Shown here: in pieces, positions 43,734 through 53,500 of the stretch
Position numbering within the stretch: the stretch's first letter is position 1
How the letters are laid out: each line of letters opens with the position of its first letter
Assembly (NCBI GenBank): GCA_964426735.1
Contig: CAYRRP010000004.1
Span: 25,142 to 88,448, forward strand
Length of the DNA stretch: 63,307 nucleotides
DNA from: an uncultured Candidatus Saccharibacteria bacterium
GTDB lineage: Bacteria; Patescibacteriota; Minisyncoccia; Phycocordibacterales; DATDWN01
Direction of reading: 5' to 3'
Translations under genes and position numbers: made by a program
The notes under the pieces: generated by a model
Told to the model about the DNA's origin: nothing
The model's input: only the letters and a program-made list of their open reading frames with translations
Database searches by the model: none

Positions 43734-44534
43734 ATGGACAATCAAGGTCATCAAAAAGACAAATTTGAACAACACAACGGACAAAATTCTGTTGGTATTT
43801 CTGTAAATAATCATAATCCTATTGATTATTTCGCCCAAGACCGTTCATTTGTCTTTGTGTATAAAAAGACAGAGAAGCTCGCAACAGCATTGTATATGGT
43901 GACAAATTTGTTTAATGATACTGAGCCAATGAAGTGGACACTTCGTGCAAAAGTATCAGAGCTTTTGTCTTTTATTATTGGGTTTAAAGACGTGCTTGAG
44001 TCGCGTGAATATGAGTTTTCAAACGAGGTGAAAACTAAAGTTCTTGAGATCGTCTCACTCCTTGAGGTAGCATCACAATCAGGTCTCGTGTCACCGATGA
44101 ATTTTTCAATACTCAAGACGGAGTTCATGAACCTTATTGGAGGACTGATTCCACTTAAGAAACAAACTGAAGAACGAGATCGATTTTCATTACCAAAAAC
44201 ATTTTTTGACGTTGCACAAAGTACACACATACCAGCACAGATACAGCATGCAGGGGGAGTGGGCCCACACCATAAAGGACAAGATATTATAAAGGACAAT
44301 GGTGTGCCTTCTGAGACAGTCAGCGAGATACCTTCGTTTAAAAAGACAAATCGACAGACTATAATCATCAATCTTTTGAAGAAAAAGAAGGATCTTACTA
44401 TCAAGGATATTGCTCAGGTTATACGTGATTGCAGTGAAAAAACCATACAAAGAGAGCTTATTTCGCTTATTGATGCAGGTGTCCTTAAGAAAACAGGTGA
44501 GCGAAGATGGAGTCGGTATGCGTTGGTGGCATAG
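43734..44534 (+). CDS. Hypothetical protein with C-terminal DeoR-like winged HTH
   Basis: C-terminal LTIKDIAQVIRDCSEKTIQRELISLIDAGVLKKTGERRWSRY. Confidence 0.55.
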   Translation: MDNQGHQKDKFEQHNGQNSVGISVNNHNPIDYFAQDRSFVFVYKKTEKLATALYMVTNLFNDTEPMKWTLRAKVSELLSFIIGFKDVLESREYEFSNEVKTKVLEIVSLLEVASQSGLVSPMNFSILKTEFMNLIGGLIPLKKQTEERDRFSLPKTFFDVAQSTHIPAQIQHAGGVGPHHKGQDIIKDNGVPSETVSEIPSFKKTNRQTIIINLLKKKKDLTIKDIAQVIRDCSEKTIQRELISLIDAGVLKKTGERRWSRYALVA

Positions 44535-45330
44535 AGGATGATTTCTCGTTTACACGAACTACATAGACGAGATATATGACGGTTTACAGAGAACTACTCT
44601 TCATAGGGTAGTTTTTCTTTAAACTCCCTCTAATATTGACTTTTGACCCCTCTCTGTGAGATACTTCCTCCTGTGGGTTATGTGTCAAAACCCCTATTTT
44701 TCTTGAGGTTTTCCTTGGGGATTATGGGGGTTGTACGGCATAGTTATCCACAATCATTATTTTGTGAGACCTCGTCTCGCATATATAATTGTCTTAATAG
44801 GTACGCCATAGGGTATTTTGTATACACCTATACTACCTATCTCAGAAACACTGTACCTTCCGCACGAATCAGATCATTGACAACTTAATAGCAAAACGTT
44901 TCAGAGCTTTTATATAAAAAGCTCATTTCCGCTTTTCTGTTTCGTACAGAATTTTCTAGACACACAGACACGCAGACCAAACATCACAAACTATTTTTCA
45001 GATTTGTGTCGGTCTGTACACCTACTGCCACCATGTGGTAGGTCGTGCAAATATAAATCTGAAAGATTAGTTGAGTTGAGTATATGTCTCCTAAAAAGAG
45101 ATATAGGACTCGGTTCACAGTTTATTTGTTTTGATGGTTGCTTGATACATAACTGATATTCAGGTGTGCATCAAGCGTCATCAAAGTAGCAAATAACACT
45201 TTATTAAGTTTTTTCCGCCTAGTGTCGCGAGATACGAAGTCGGAACAATTATTATTATCGGTTCGTGCGCTATTTTTTACATTTTATTAGTAACAGTAAA
45301 AAATAGTCACAATTTACAAAAAACGAATAT

Positions 45331-48300
45331 ATGACAGCAAAATCAAAGTTCGCTAAGGTGGCTGCTGGTTTTGTAGGATTCGCAATGGCATTCTCATTTG
45401 TAGTAACACCAGTTACTGCATCTGCTGCTACTGCAGAAGAACTACAGGCTCAGATTGCTAGTCTCCTTGCAACAATCAATTCGTTGCAGGCACAGCTTTC
45501 ATCTACAACAGGTGGTAGCTCAACTACAACTGGATACACATTTAACACAAACTTAACAGTAGGAAGTAAAGGTACAGATGTAATGAACCTTCAGAAGGTT
45601 TTGAACATGAGTGCTGATACTAAAGTTGCATCAACAGGTGCTGGTTCTCCAGGAATGGAAACATCAACATTTGGACCTGCAACTAAAGCAGCGGTGATCA
45701 AGTTCCAGACAAAATACGGTATCAGTCCAGCAGCTGGTTACGTAGGAGCTATCACTCGAGCAAAGCTTAACAGTATGAGTGGTTCTACTACTACAACAGG
45801 TGGTACAACAACTCCTACTACTGGTGGAGCACTTACAGTTTCAATGGCATCACAGCCTGCAAACTCATTGGCTCCTCAGTCAGCTTCTCGAATTCCATTC
45901 ACAACTCTTACACTTACAGCAGGTGCTTCAGACGTAACTGTTAACTCTATTACTGTAGAGCGATCAGGTCTTGCACAGGATGCAGTATTTTCAGGAGTAG
46001 TGCTCTTGGATTCAAACGGAATGCAGATTGGTATTGCTAAGACTTTGAATTCTAACCACCAGGCAATGGTAGGTGAGCCTTTCACAGTTAAAGCAGGAAC
46101 ATCTATGACCGTTACAGTTGCTGGTAACATGGCCTCATCATTGAGTACATACGCAGGACAGGTTGTTGGTCTTAACGTTGTAGCAATTAATACTTCTGCA
46201 ACAGTTTCAGGATCACTTCCTATCATGGGTGCTCAGCACACAGTGAACGCTACACTTACATTAGGTGCAGCTACACTTGCGCTTTCATCATTTGATCCAA
46301 ACTCAGCTCAGACAAAAGAAATCGGTACAACTGGTTACAAATTTGCTGGTATTCGAGTAACAGCTGGATCAGCTGAGAAAGTACGACTTAACTCTATCCG
46401 ATGGAACCAGACAGGTTCTGCATCATCTAACGATCTTGCAAACGTAATGGTTTATGTAGATGGAACAGCGTACAACACTGTGGTTTCAGCAGATGGTAAA
46501 TACTACTCTGCAGTATTCCCAGGCGGTATCTCAATTGACAAAGGTTTCTCAAAAGACATCTATGTTCAGGGAGATCTCGTTGGTACAAGTGCAGCAGGAC
46601 GAACTGTTCAGTTTGATATCTACAAAACAACAGATATCTACCTAACAGGTGAGACATACATGTATGGTATTACACCATCAGCTGGCTCAACTTCTGCAGC
46701 TTCAACAGCTTCTGAATTTACAACAGGTACACCATTCTTTAGTGGTTCACTTGTAACAGTTTCAGGAGGTTCAGTTACAACAATCCAGAAAGCAACTTCA
46801 GTTGCAGCTCAGAACGTTGCATTGAACGTATCAAATCAGATCCTCGGTGGTTACCAGACAGACATCAAGGGTGAACCAATTTCAGTTCAGTCTTCAGTAT
46901 TCTGGTTTAACTACAGTGCAGGTGTAGCAGCTTCTTCATACCTTTTGACAAACGTATCTATCGTTGATGCAAATGGTGCAGTAGTTGCTGGTCCAGTTGA
47001 CGCAGTAAACGTAGGTGGTGTTGCTCAGAAAGTAACATTTACTGACACAATCACATACCCAATCGGTATGAAGACATACACATTGAAAGGAAAACTTCCT
47101 TCAGGTGTAGCAAACAACACAACACTTACAGCTTCAACAACTCCATCTACAGATTGGACAAGTGTAACAGGACAGACAACTGGAAACTCAGTTAGTCTTT
47201 CATCAAACGGTGTATTCACAATGAACACTGTAACAGTTAAGGCAGCAGCTCTTGCTATTTCAGTAGCATCTACTCCTTCTGCACAGTCAATCGTTGCTGG
47301 TTCACAGGGAGTGACATTCACTAACTACCAGTTCGATGCATCACAGTCAGGTGAGGATGTACGATTCTCTTCAATTCCATTGAAGATTACATTCGGAGGT
47401 GGTGCGGCAGCTAACAACGTAAATGCATGTCAGTTGTTTGATGGTGCAACAGCGCTTAACACTGGCTCAAACGTAGTTAGTCCAGCATCTTCTGTTACAA
47501 CAGCTTCAGACGTAACATTTACACTTGATCAGCAGCTTGTTGTTCCAAAGGGAACAGTTAAGACTCTTGCTCTTAAATGTAATGTAACTTCAGCAGCTAC
47601 AGGAACAATGTCATGGGGTATCCAGGCATCACCTTCTATCGCTGTATCAGGTGTTACATCATCTAATGACGTAACAGAAACTGTTTCAGCTTCAGTTGGT
47701 CAGACAATGACAGTAGGATCAGGATCACTCGTAGTATCTACAGATTCATCTAGCCCTTCATACTCTGTTGTGGCAGCTGGTTCTACAGGTAATACAGCAG
47801 GTGTATTCAAATTCCGAGCTACAAACGAAGGAGTTAATCTAAACCGACTTGGTCTTAAATTGACTTCAGGTTCAGCTTCTGATCTTGTACAGGTTTCTAT
47901 CTGGGACGGTGCAACACAAGTTGGTTCAGCAACATTCACTGGATCTAGCTCATACGCTACATCTACATTTGCTTCACCAGTTGCTCTTCCAAAAGACACT
48001 GACAAGACTTTGACAGTTAAAGTTGACCTCGCTATGGTGGGAACATCACAGCCTGGTTCACAGGGTTCATTGATCAAGGTTGACTTCAACGGTTCTGATT
48101 CAACAGGTACTCAGGGTACAGGTGCAGGTTCTGGTAACACAATCAACGCAACAGGTTCTACAGCAGTAGCTGGTGTACGATTGTTCAAATCATTCCCTAC
48201 ACTTGCTCAGGATACTCTTGGATCAACAGGTATCGCTGATGGTCGTCTTGCACGATTCAAGGTAACTGCAAACGCAAATGGTTCAATCGGTATTTCACAG

Positions 48301-48765
48301 TTCAAGTTTAAAGTTTCAACAACTTCAGCTACTGTGACTCAGATCGCACTCTACGCTTACAATGATGCTGCATACTCAAATCCTATTTCAGGACAGGGTA
48401 CATCAGGTCAGATTGGTTCAAACGTAGCAACTGCAATCAACGATACAGCATTTGCAATTACACCAACATCTAACCCAGTACAGGTTTCAGCTGGTGCAAC
48501 TGTATACTTCGAGCTTCGAGCTTCAGTAGCAGGTGTGACAACAGGATCTTCTGTGGTTACAACACTTATTGGTGATTCAGCATATCCTACACAGATCACT
48601 TCTGGTTACAACGTGGCAACTTCATCAGTTATCACAACTAACCACAACTTCGTGTGGTCAGGTAACGCGACATCTACATCAGCTACAGCTGACGTAGACT
48701 GGTCAAACGGATATGGTCTTCCAGGATTCTCAGCTTCTGGTCTTATCCAGACTCGATCTAACTAA
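45331..48765 (+). CDS. Giant secreted cell-surface (S-layer-like) protein with a peptidoglycan-binding domain
   Basis: Signal peptide (..PVTASAATA), a coiled segment, and a PG_binding_1-like domain (GSKGTDVMNLQKVL...ATKAAVIKFQTKYGI). About 950 aa of T/S/G/V/A-rich beta repeats follow. Codon choice is strongly biased. Confidence 0.7.
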   Translation: MTAKSKFAKVAAGFVGFAMAFSFVVTPVTASAATAEELQAQIASLLATINSLQAQLSSTTGGSSTTTGYTFNTNLTVGSKGTDVMNLQKVLNMSADTKVASTGAGSPGMETSTFGPATKAAVIKFQTKYGISPAAGYVGAITRAKLNSMSGSTTTTGGTTTPTTGGALTVSMASQPANSLAPQSASRIPFTTLTLTAGASDVTVNSITVERSGLAQDAVFSGVVLLDSNGMQIGIAKTLNSNHQAMVGEPFTVKAGTSMTVTVAGNMASSLSTYAGQVVGLNVVAINTSATVSGSLPIMGAQHTVNATLTLGAATLALSSFDPNSAQTKEIGTTGYKFAGIRVTAGSAEKVRLNSIRWNQTGSASSNDLANVMVYVDGTAYNTVVSADGKYYSAVFPGGISIDKGFSKDIYVQGDLVGTSAAGRTVQFDIYKTTDIYLTGETYMYGITPSAGSTSAASTASEFTTGTPFFSGSLVTVSGGSVTTIQKATSVAAQNVALNVSNQILGGYQTDIKGEPISVQSSVFWFNYSAGVAASSYLLTNVSIVDANGAVVAGPVDAVNVGGVAQKVTFTDTITYPIGMKTYTLKGKLPSGVANNTTLTASTTPSTDWTSVTGQTTGNSVSLSSNGVFTMNTVTVKAAALAISVASTPSAQSIVAGSQGVTFTNYQFDASQSGEDVRFSSIPLKITFGGGAAANNVNACQLFDGATALNTGSNVVSPASSVTTASDVTFTLDQQLVVPKGTVKTLALKCNVTSAATGTMSWGIQASPSIAVSGVTSSNDVTETVSASVGQTMTVGSGSLVVSTDSSSPSYSVVAAGSTGNTAGVFKFRATNEGVNLNRLGLKLTSGSASDLVQVSIWDGATQVGSATFTGSSSYATSTFASPVALPKDTDKTLTVKVDLAMVGTSQPGSQGSLIKVDFNGSDSTGTQGTGAGSGNTINATGSTAVAGVRLFKSFPTLAQDTLGSTGIADGRLARFKVTANANGSIGISQFKFKVSTTSATVTQIALYAYNDAAYSNPISGQGTSGQIGSNVATAINDTAFAITPTSNPVQVSAGATVYFELRASVAGVTTGSSVVTTLIGDSAYPTQITSGYNVATSSVITTNHNFVWSGNATSTSATADVDWSNGYGLPGFSASGLIQTRSN

Positions 48766-48801
48766 TCTTAGATTGGTGAAGGTTGAAAGCCTAAGCTAAA
48801 C

Positions 48802-48835
48802 AAAAAACCACTCCCGAAAGGGGGTGGTTTTTTGT
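48802..48835 (+). terminator. Intrinsic terminator after the surface-protein gene
   Basis: AAAAACCACTCCC-GAAA-GGGGGTGGTTTTTTGTT. Confidence 0.8.
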
Positions 48836-48906
48836 TATGTAAAAAGTGTATTTTTTAAGGTGTTTCTGGTAGAATTGACCGTATGTTAACAATATTTGCA
48901 CATAAT

Positions 48907-49596
48907 ATGGAACCAAAAAAAAGAAATACACTCATTGCTGTTGCACTTATACTCGTGCTTGTCGGCTTATATTTTGCATTTGATATATCAAAAAAAGAAC
49001 CTGTACCAGTGGAGACTGTTCCTACAGAATCAAATACATCTACTACAACCCAAGTAAATCTTGGAGATGGTATTGTTGCAACTGTTCCAAATGGGTATAT
49101 GTTTGAGTCAGTGAACACACCATCTACTCCAGTCCCATCATTAAATCGAGCAGTTGTATTTGTGTCAGGTATCGATGAATCAGTACAAAAAGCTATACAA
49201 ACAAAAGTTGCAGAACTACAAACAGAACTTAAAAAAGATTCTTCAAAGGTTGCATACTGGATAGATCTCGGTACGTATCACAAGGTGGCTGGAGATTTTA
49301 GTGGGGCAAAAATATATTGGGATTATGCAGGTAAACGTGCTCCTACAGATTTCATTTCTTTTGGAAACCTTGGAAATATGTACGCATATCAGTTGAAAGA
49401 CATGGTCACTGCAGAAAAGTATTACAACCAAGCAATCAAAAACGCACCGACCCAAGTCTACCTCTACTTCCAGCTCGCAGAAGCATTTCGTGATGTATCA
49501 AAGGATATATCAAAAGCACGTGCAGTCGTAGATCGCGGACTTGTTGCAAATCCAAACAACGCAGACCTTCTAACACTTAAAGAATCATTGAAATAA
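48907..49596 (+). CDS. Membrane-anchored TPR-repeat protein
   Basis: TM anchor (LIAVALILVLVGLYFAF) and C-terminal TPR-like repeats (..AEKYYNQAIKNAP..YLYFQLAEAF..). Confidence 0.65.
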   Translation: MEPKKRNTLIAVALILVLVGLYFAFDISKKEPVPVETVPTESNTSTTTQVNLGDGIVATVPNGYMFESVNTPSTPVPSLNRAVVFVSGIDESVQKAIQTKVAELQTELKKDSSKVAYWIDLGTYHKVAGDFSGAKIYWDYAGKRAPTDFISFGNLGNMYAYQLKDMVTAEKYYNQAIKNAPTQVYLYFQLAEAFRDVSKDISKARAVVDRGLVANPNNADLLTLKESLK

Positions 49597-49650
49597 CAGA
49601 AACAAAAACCAGCAATACTTGCTGGTTTTTTTTGTTAAATAAATCTCGAA

Positions 49651-49726
49651 TACATAGGGGTACCCTATGTATTCCGCAGAAGTAGTTATCCAAAGCATAG
49701 TAGTATACATAGGGTACCCCTATGTA
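49651..49726. repeat. REP palindromes upstream of RAYT (two copies, opposite orientation)
   Basis: TACATAGGGGTACCCTATGTA (49651-49671) and TACATAGGGTACCCCTATGTA (49706-49726). Confidence 0.85.
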
Positions 49727-49749
49727 AATTTATTTGATAATCTATATAT

Positions 49750-50415
49750 ATGTCAACAAGAACACTAAATTTTTCAGTCGGGGAATTTTATCACATCTAT
49801 AATCGAGGAACAGATTCAAGAATTATATTTATAGATAATGCTGATAAAGATAGGTTTATTAAATTATTATATATTGCGAATGGTACCAAACCTTTTGTTT
49901 TTCGTGACTTTCCCATAGGGGTACCCTATGTAAATGTCGATAAAGGAGATCCTATTGTTGCTATAGGTAGCTACTGCCTGATGGATAATCATTTTCATTT
50001 GCTCTTGAAGGAGATAAGTGATGGTGGTATATCTGTATTTATGACAAAAGTACTCACAAGTTATTCGTCTTATTTTAATAAAAAATATAAGCGTACAGGC
50101 AGTTTGTTTGAAGGGACATTTAAAGCAAAACATTTGGATACTGATGAATATTTAAAATATATCTTTTCGTACATTCATCTCAATCCTGTAAAAATTATTG
50201 AACCAAATTGGAAAGAGAATGGTATAAAAGATCGTGATAAGGCTAAGAGGTATTTAAAGGAATATAAGTATTCAAGTTATCTCGAGTATCTTGGGGAGAA
50301 GCGAACAGAAAATGCAATTATTAATAAAGTTGAATTTCCAGAGTATTTTGCTGATTTTAAAGAGTTTGATCTATTTATCAATGAATGGCTTTTGTTTGGT
50401 GAATATAAAATTTAA
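49750..50415 (+). CDS. REP-associated tyrosine transposase (RAYT; IS200/Y1_Tnp-like)
   Basis: HUH motif in CLMDNHFHLLLKE and the catalytic-Tyr helix YIFSYIHLNPVK. The N-terminal FYHIYNRG is typical of the family. Confidence 0.8.
   Translation: MSTRTLNFSVGEFYHIYNRGTDSRIIFIDNADKDRFIKLLYIANGTKPFVFRDFPIGVPYVNVDKGDPIVAIGSYCLMDNHFHLLLKEISDGGISVFMTKVLTSYSSYFNKKYKRTGSLFEGTFKAKHLDTDEYLKYIFSYIHLNPVKIIEPNWKENGIKDRDKAKRYLKEYKYSSYLEYLGEKRTENAIINKVEFPEYFADFKEFDLFINEWLLFGEYKI
49914..49932. repeat. REP-like palindrome inside the RAYT coding sequence
   Basis: CATAGGGGTACCCTATGTA is in frame and encodes ..PIGVPYV.. Confidence 0.75.
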
Positions 50416-50418
50416 GTT

Positions 50419-50479
50419 TACATAGGGTACCCCTATGTAAACTTAGATAAATCTCGAATACATAGGGGTACCCTATGTA
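50419..50479. repeat. REP palindromes downstream of RAYT (two copies)
   Basis: TACATAGGGTACCCCTATGTA (50419-50439) and TACATAGGGGTACCCTATGTA (50459-50479). Confidence 0.85.
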
Positions 50480-50548
50480 AACTTGACTGAAGAACACAAG
50501 ATAATATACTTAGATGTAATTAGTATAATAGTATAATAAAAAAATATC

Positions 50549-53500
50549 ATGACTCAAGCAGATTCTGATTTCCATAGTCTCTTGAAACGAAGTTTCGCGT
50601 ATATTTTATTTGTCTCGACAGTCGCTCTTTTTGGGGCGATTTTTATTATTAATCCAAAACAAGTATCTGCTGAGATTACGGTGCCACTGTATACTGTTGA
50701 TTATAAACCGCAGGTATTATTTGGCGATAACGCATTAGTTGATGGCTATCAAGGCTTGGAAAATTATAGAGCTCAGTATACAAATGGGTATCTACATATT
50801 ACATTTACAACTACACATGGTTATGGTGGTTATGCAAGCTATGCTCCGTTTTTATACATACGTTCTGATAATCCAACAGTCAATCCGTTTACAACACATC
50901 TATATCAAGGGCTTATTCAGAATGTAAATATGAATGCCGGCTTACCAACAGATGTGTATTTTGTTGATATTCAATTTAATGCCGATGGTTATCGAGAAGT
51001 TGTTACTCGTGGTACCAATCGTGAGTTTGTATCGGATGATACAGTACTCATATCCGGTATGAATAAGGAGACATTTATTGCTCTTGCTAATCACTACCCA
51101 TCATTTGGCAGTCAGTATTCAATGTCATTTGAACCGATGAGATTGGTTGAAAATAGACCGTCACATATCGATTTTTTTGAAGTTTCAACAACTACACGTA
51201 AAGTGTCTGTACGTAATTTTATAGCAGTAGATGATGTGGGAGTTAATATGCATTTTATTGTTTCGGATGCGTCAGGTGGTGTGGTGTATACAGGAGAGAC
51301 TGTCCAGGCAACAACTACAGGAGATTTTTATTACACTTGGAATTATCCACAAGTCACTAATCAAGATACTACAAAAGCAAGTAATTTTGTTTTTTATTCT
51401 GACATAACAAAAGATGGTTTAATCTTAAAGTATGTCAGTGCCACAACATCACTCGCATCATCTATTGATGGATATCCAGGGTATTACAATTTTATTGCTG
51501 ATGGTTCTGAGCAAATACAATCATCATATAATTCTGTAATTCAGACATTGGGAACAGGGTTGTCAGGTAGACTTACACAAATTGATGTGCAGACAAGTAA
51601 TGGTGGGTATATATACTATGGTTCTCGACCAGGAGTAACTGTATATGAATGTGTTGATGATACATATGCAAATTTTGTACTACAGTCTGTAGGAGATTGT
51701 GTATCTGTATTTTTTGGGTATTCAGAAGAGGTAAGTAAAGGCACTCAAAGTATTCAAAGTATATATGTAGATGAGGAAGTTATTCTTGATCCTAAAAAAT
51801 ATTATTTTTTCAATACAAGCGGACATAATCAACTCAACACAATTCCTGCATATTACGGTAGTGTTGCTGATGTTGTGGATGGGGCGTGCTATCAAAAAAT
51901 TTCATCACGAGCTGCTCCATGTCAGGAAGTGTCTGACCTATTTTTCTATCTTCGAGGAGTATCAAAGTCTGTACAACCAACAATTACGGGGTATTCAAAT
52001 GTACTATTTTTACCAGGACTTGAAGCAAGTAGATTGTACACAGAAAAGAGTGTCCTCGGTCTAACATATGAAGATCAACTTTGGGAGCCAAATAAAAAAA
52101 CAGATGTAGAGGATTTGTATTTGAATGCTGATGGAACAAGTAAACTATCGGGCGTATATACACGAGATGCAATATCGGAAACAAATGTGATACCAGGAGC
52201 GCTTGGGTCAAATATATATAAAACATTGTTTAGTACACTCGATAGTCTTACGGATACAAATCTACCAGCTGATAAACGGATGGCACGATGGGAAGCCTAC
52301 GCGTATGATTGGAGGCAAAATATTAATGATATTGTACACAACGGTACTCCGTATAAAGATGGTAATAAATCTTTGATTACTACACTTGAAAATCTGATTG
52401 CATCGTCAACTACTGGAAAGGTGACAATTATTGCACATAGTAATGGTGGATTACTTGCTAAAGCCCTTCTTGTAAGACTTGAGGAAATGAAACAGATAGG
52501 GATGAATAATCTCATTGATCATATTGACACTGTTGTGTTGGTGGCATCACCGCAGATTGGTACAGCGGTTGCAGTACCTGCGGTTCTTCATGGATATGAT
52601 CAACGAATTGCATGGGGTGCATTACTTAATGAAGAACATGCTCGAGAACTAGGGAGAAATATGCATGGTGCATATGGACTTCTACCATCAAAAGAGTACA
52701 TAGAACACATAAATATTTCACCAGTAGTGTTTAAAGACAATACAATTCCTTCAGGTATCACTACTGATTTTGTGAGTGTGTATGGGAGCACTACGGATAC
52801 ATATAGCGAGTACAGAAGCTTTTTATTAGGAGAGGAGGGGAGAAATAATCCTGTTGTATCTGCAACAAAGTCACCAATTAAACTTTCTTCTGTGTTATTG
52901 GAAAAAGCAGAAGAACTCCATACGGATATCGATCAGTGGGTAGCACCTGCACATATACGAATGATAGAGGTGGCTGGATGGGGACTCGATACGGTGGCAG
53001 CTTTTGAATATTATCCAAAACGTACAGGATGTGTGAGTACAAGTGTAGGATGTGCAAATCCATATATACTTGATCAAAAACCAATTTTTACAGTGGATGG
53101 TGACAAGACTGTGGTAGAGCCAAGTGCTTTGTATATGGGAGGAGAGAAGTATTGGGTTGATTTTCAAGAGTATAATTCGTTGGATAAAGTAAACAGAGAA
53201 CATAAAGACATATTGGAAGTAGATCAGTTGAATGGTTTTCTTAAATCAGTAATTTCAAAAACAGATATTGTATTTGATTCCGTATTGAAAAACACACAAC
53301 CTACGGATACAAAAAACCGTCTTCGCATCAGTGTTCACTCCCCAGTCTCTATCGGAAGTTATGATTCTTTAGGTAATTTCACTGGAAAAGTATGCTCTGA
53401 TACAGAAGATTTCTGTCGTATCCAGGAGGATATTCCAAACAGCTCATATCTTGAATTTGGAGAAGGTAAGTATATAAACCTCCCGGAGGAAAATATCCAG

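Larger units (their letters stand above)
49641..50479 (+). mobile_element. RAYT locus: Y1 transposase gene flanked by REP palindrome pairs
   Basis: REP copies at 49651, 49706, 50419 and 50459 bracket the Y1-transposase ORF. The flank AAATCTCGAA is shared at 49641 and 50449. Confidence 0.8.

Noticed and set aside
44643-44888. 81-aa ORF in the long leader upstream of the surface-protein gene
   Set aside because: It has a non-ATG start, no motif and atypical composition. It lies in a hairpin-rich non-coding region.
45876-48599. Several antisense or alternative-frame ORFs inside the 1144-aa surface-protein gene
   Set aside because: They are by-products of the repetitive, codon-biased sequence. 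All are nested in a much longer, better-supported ORF.
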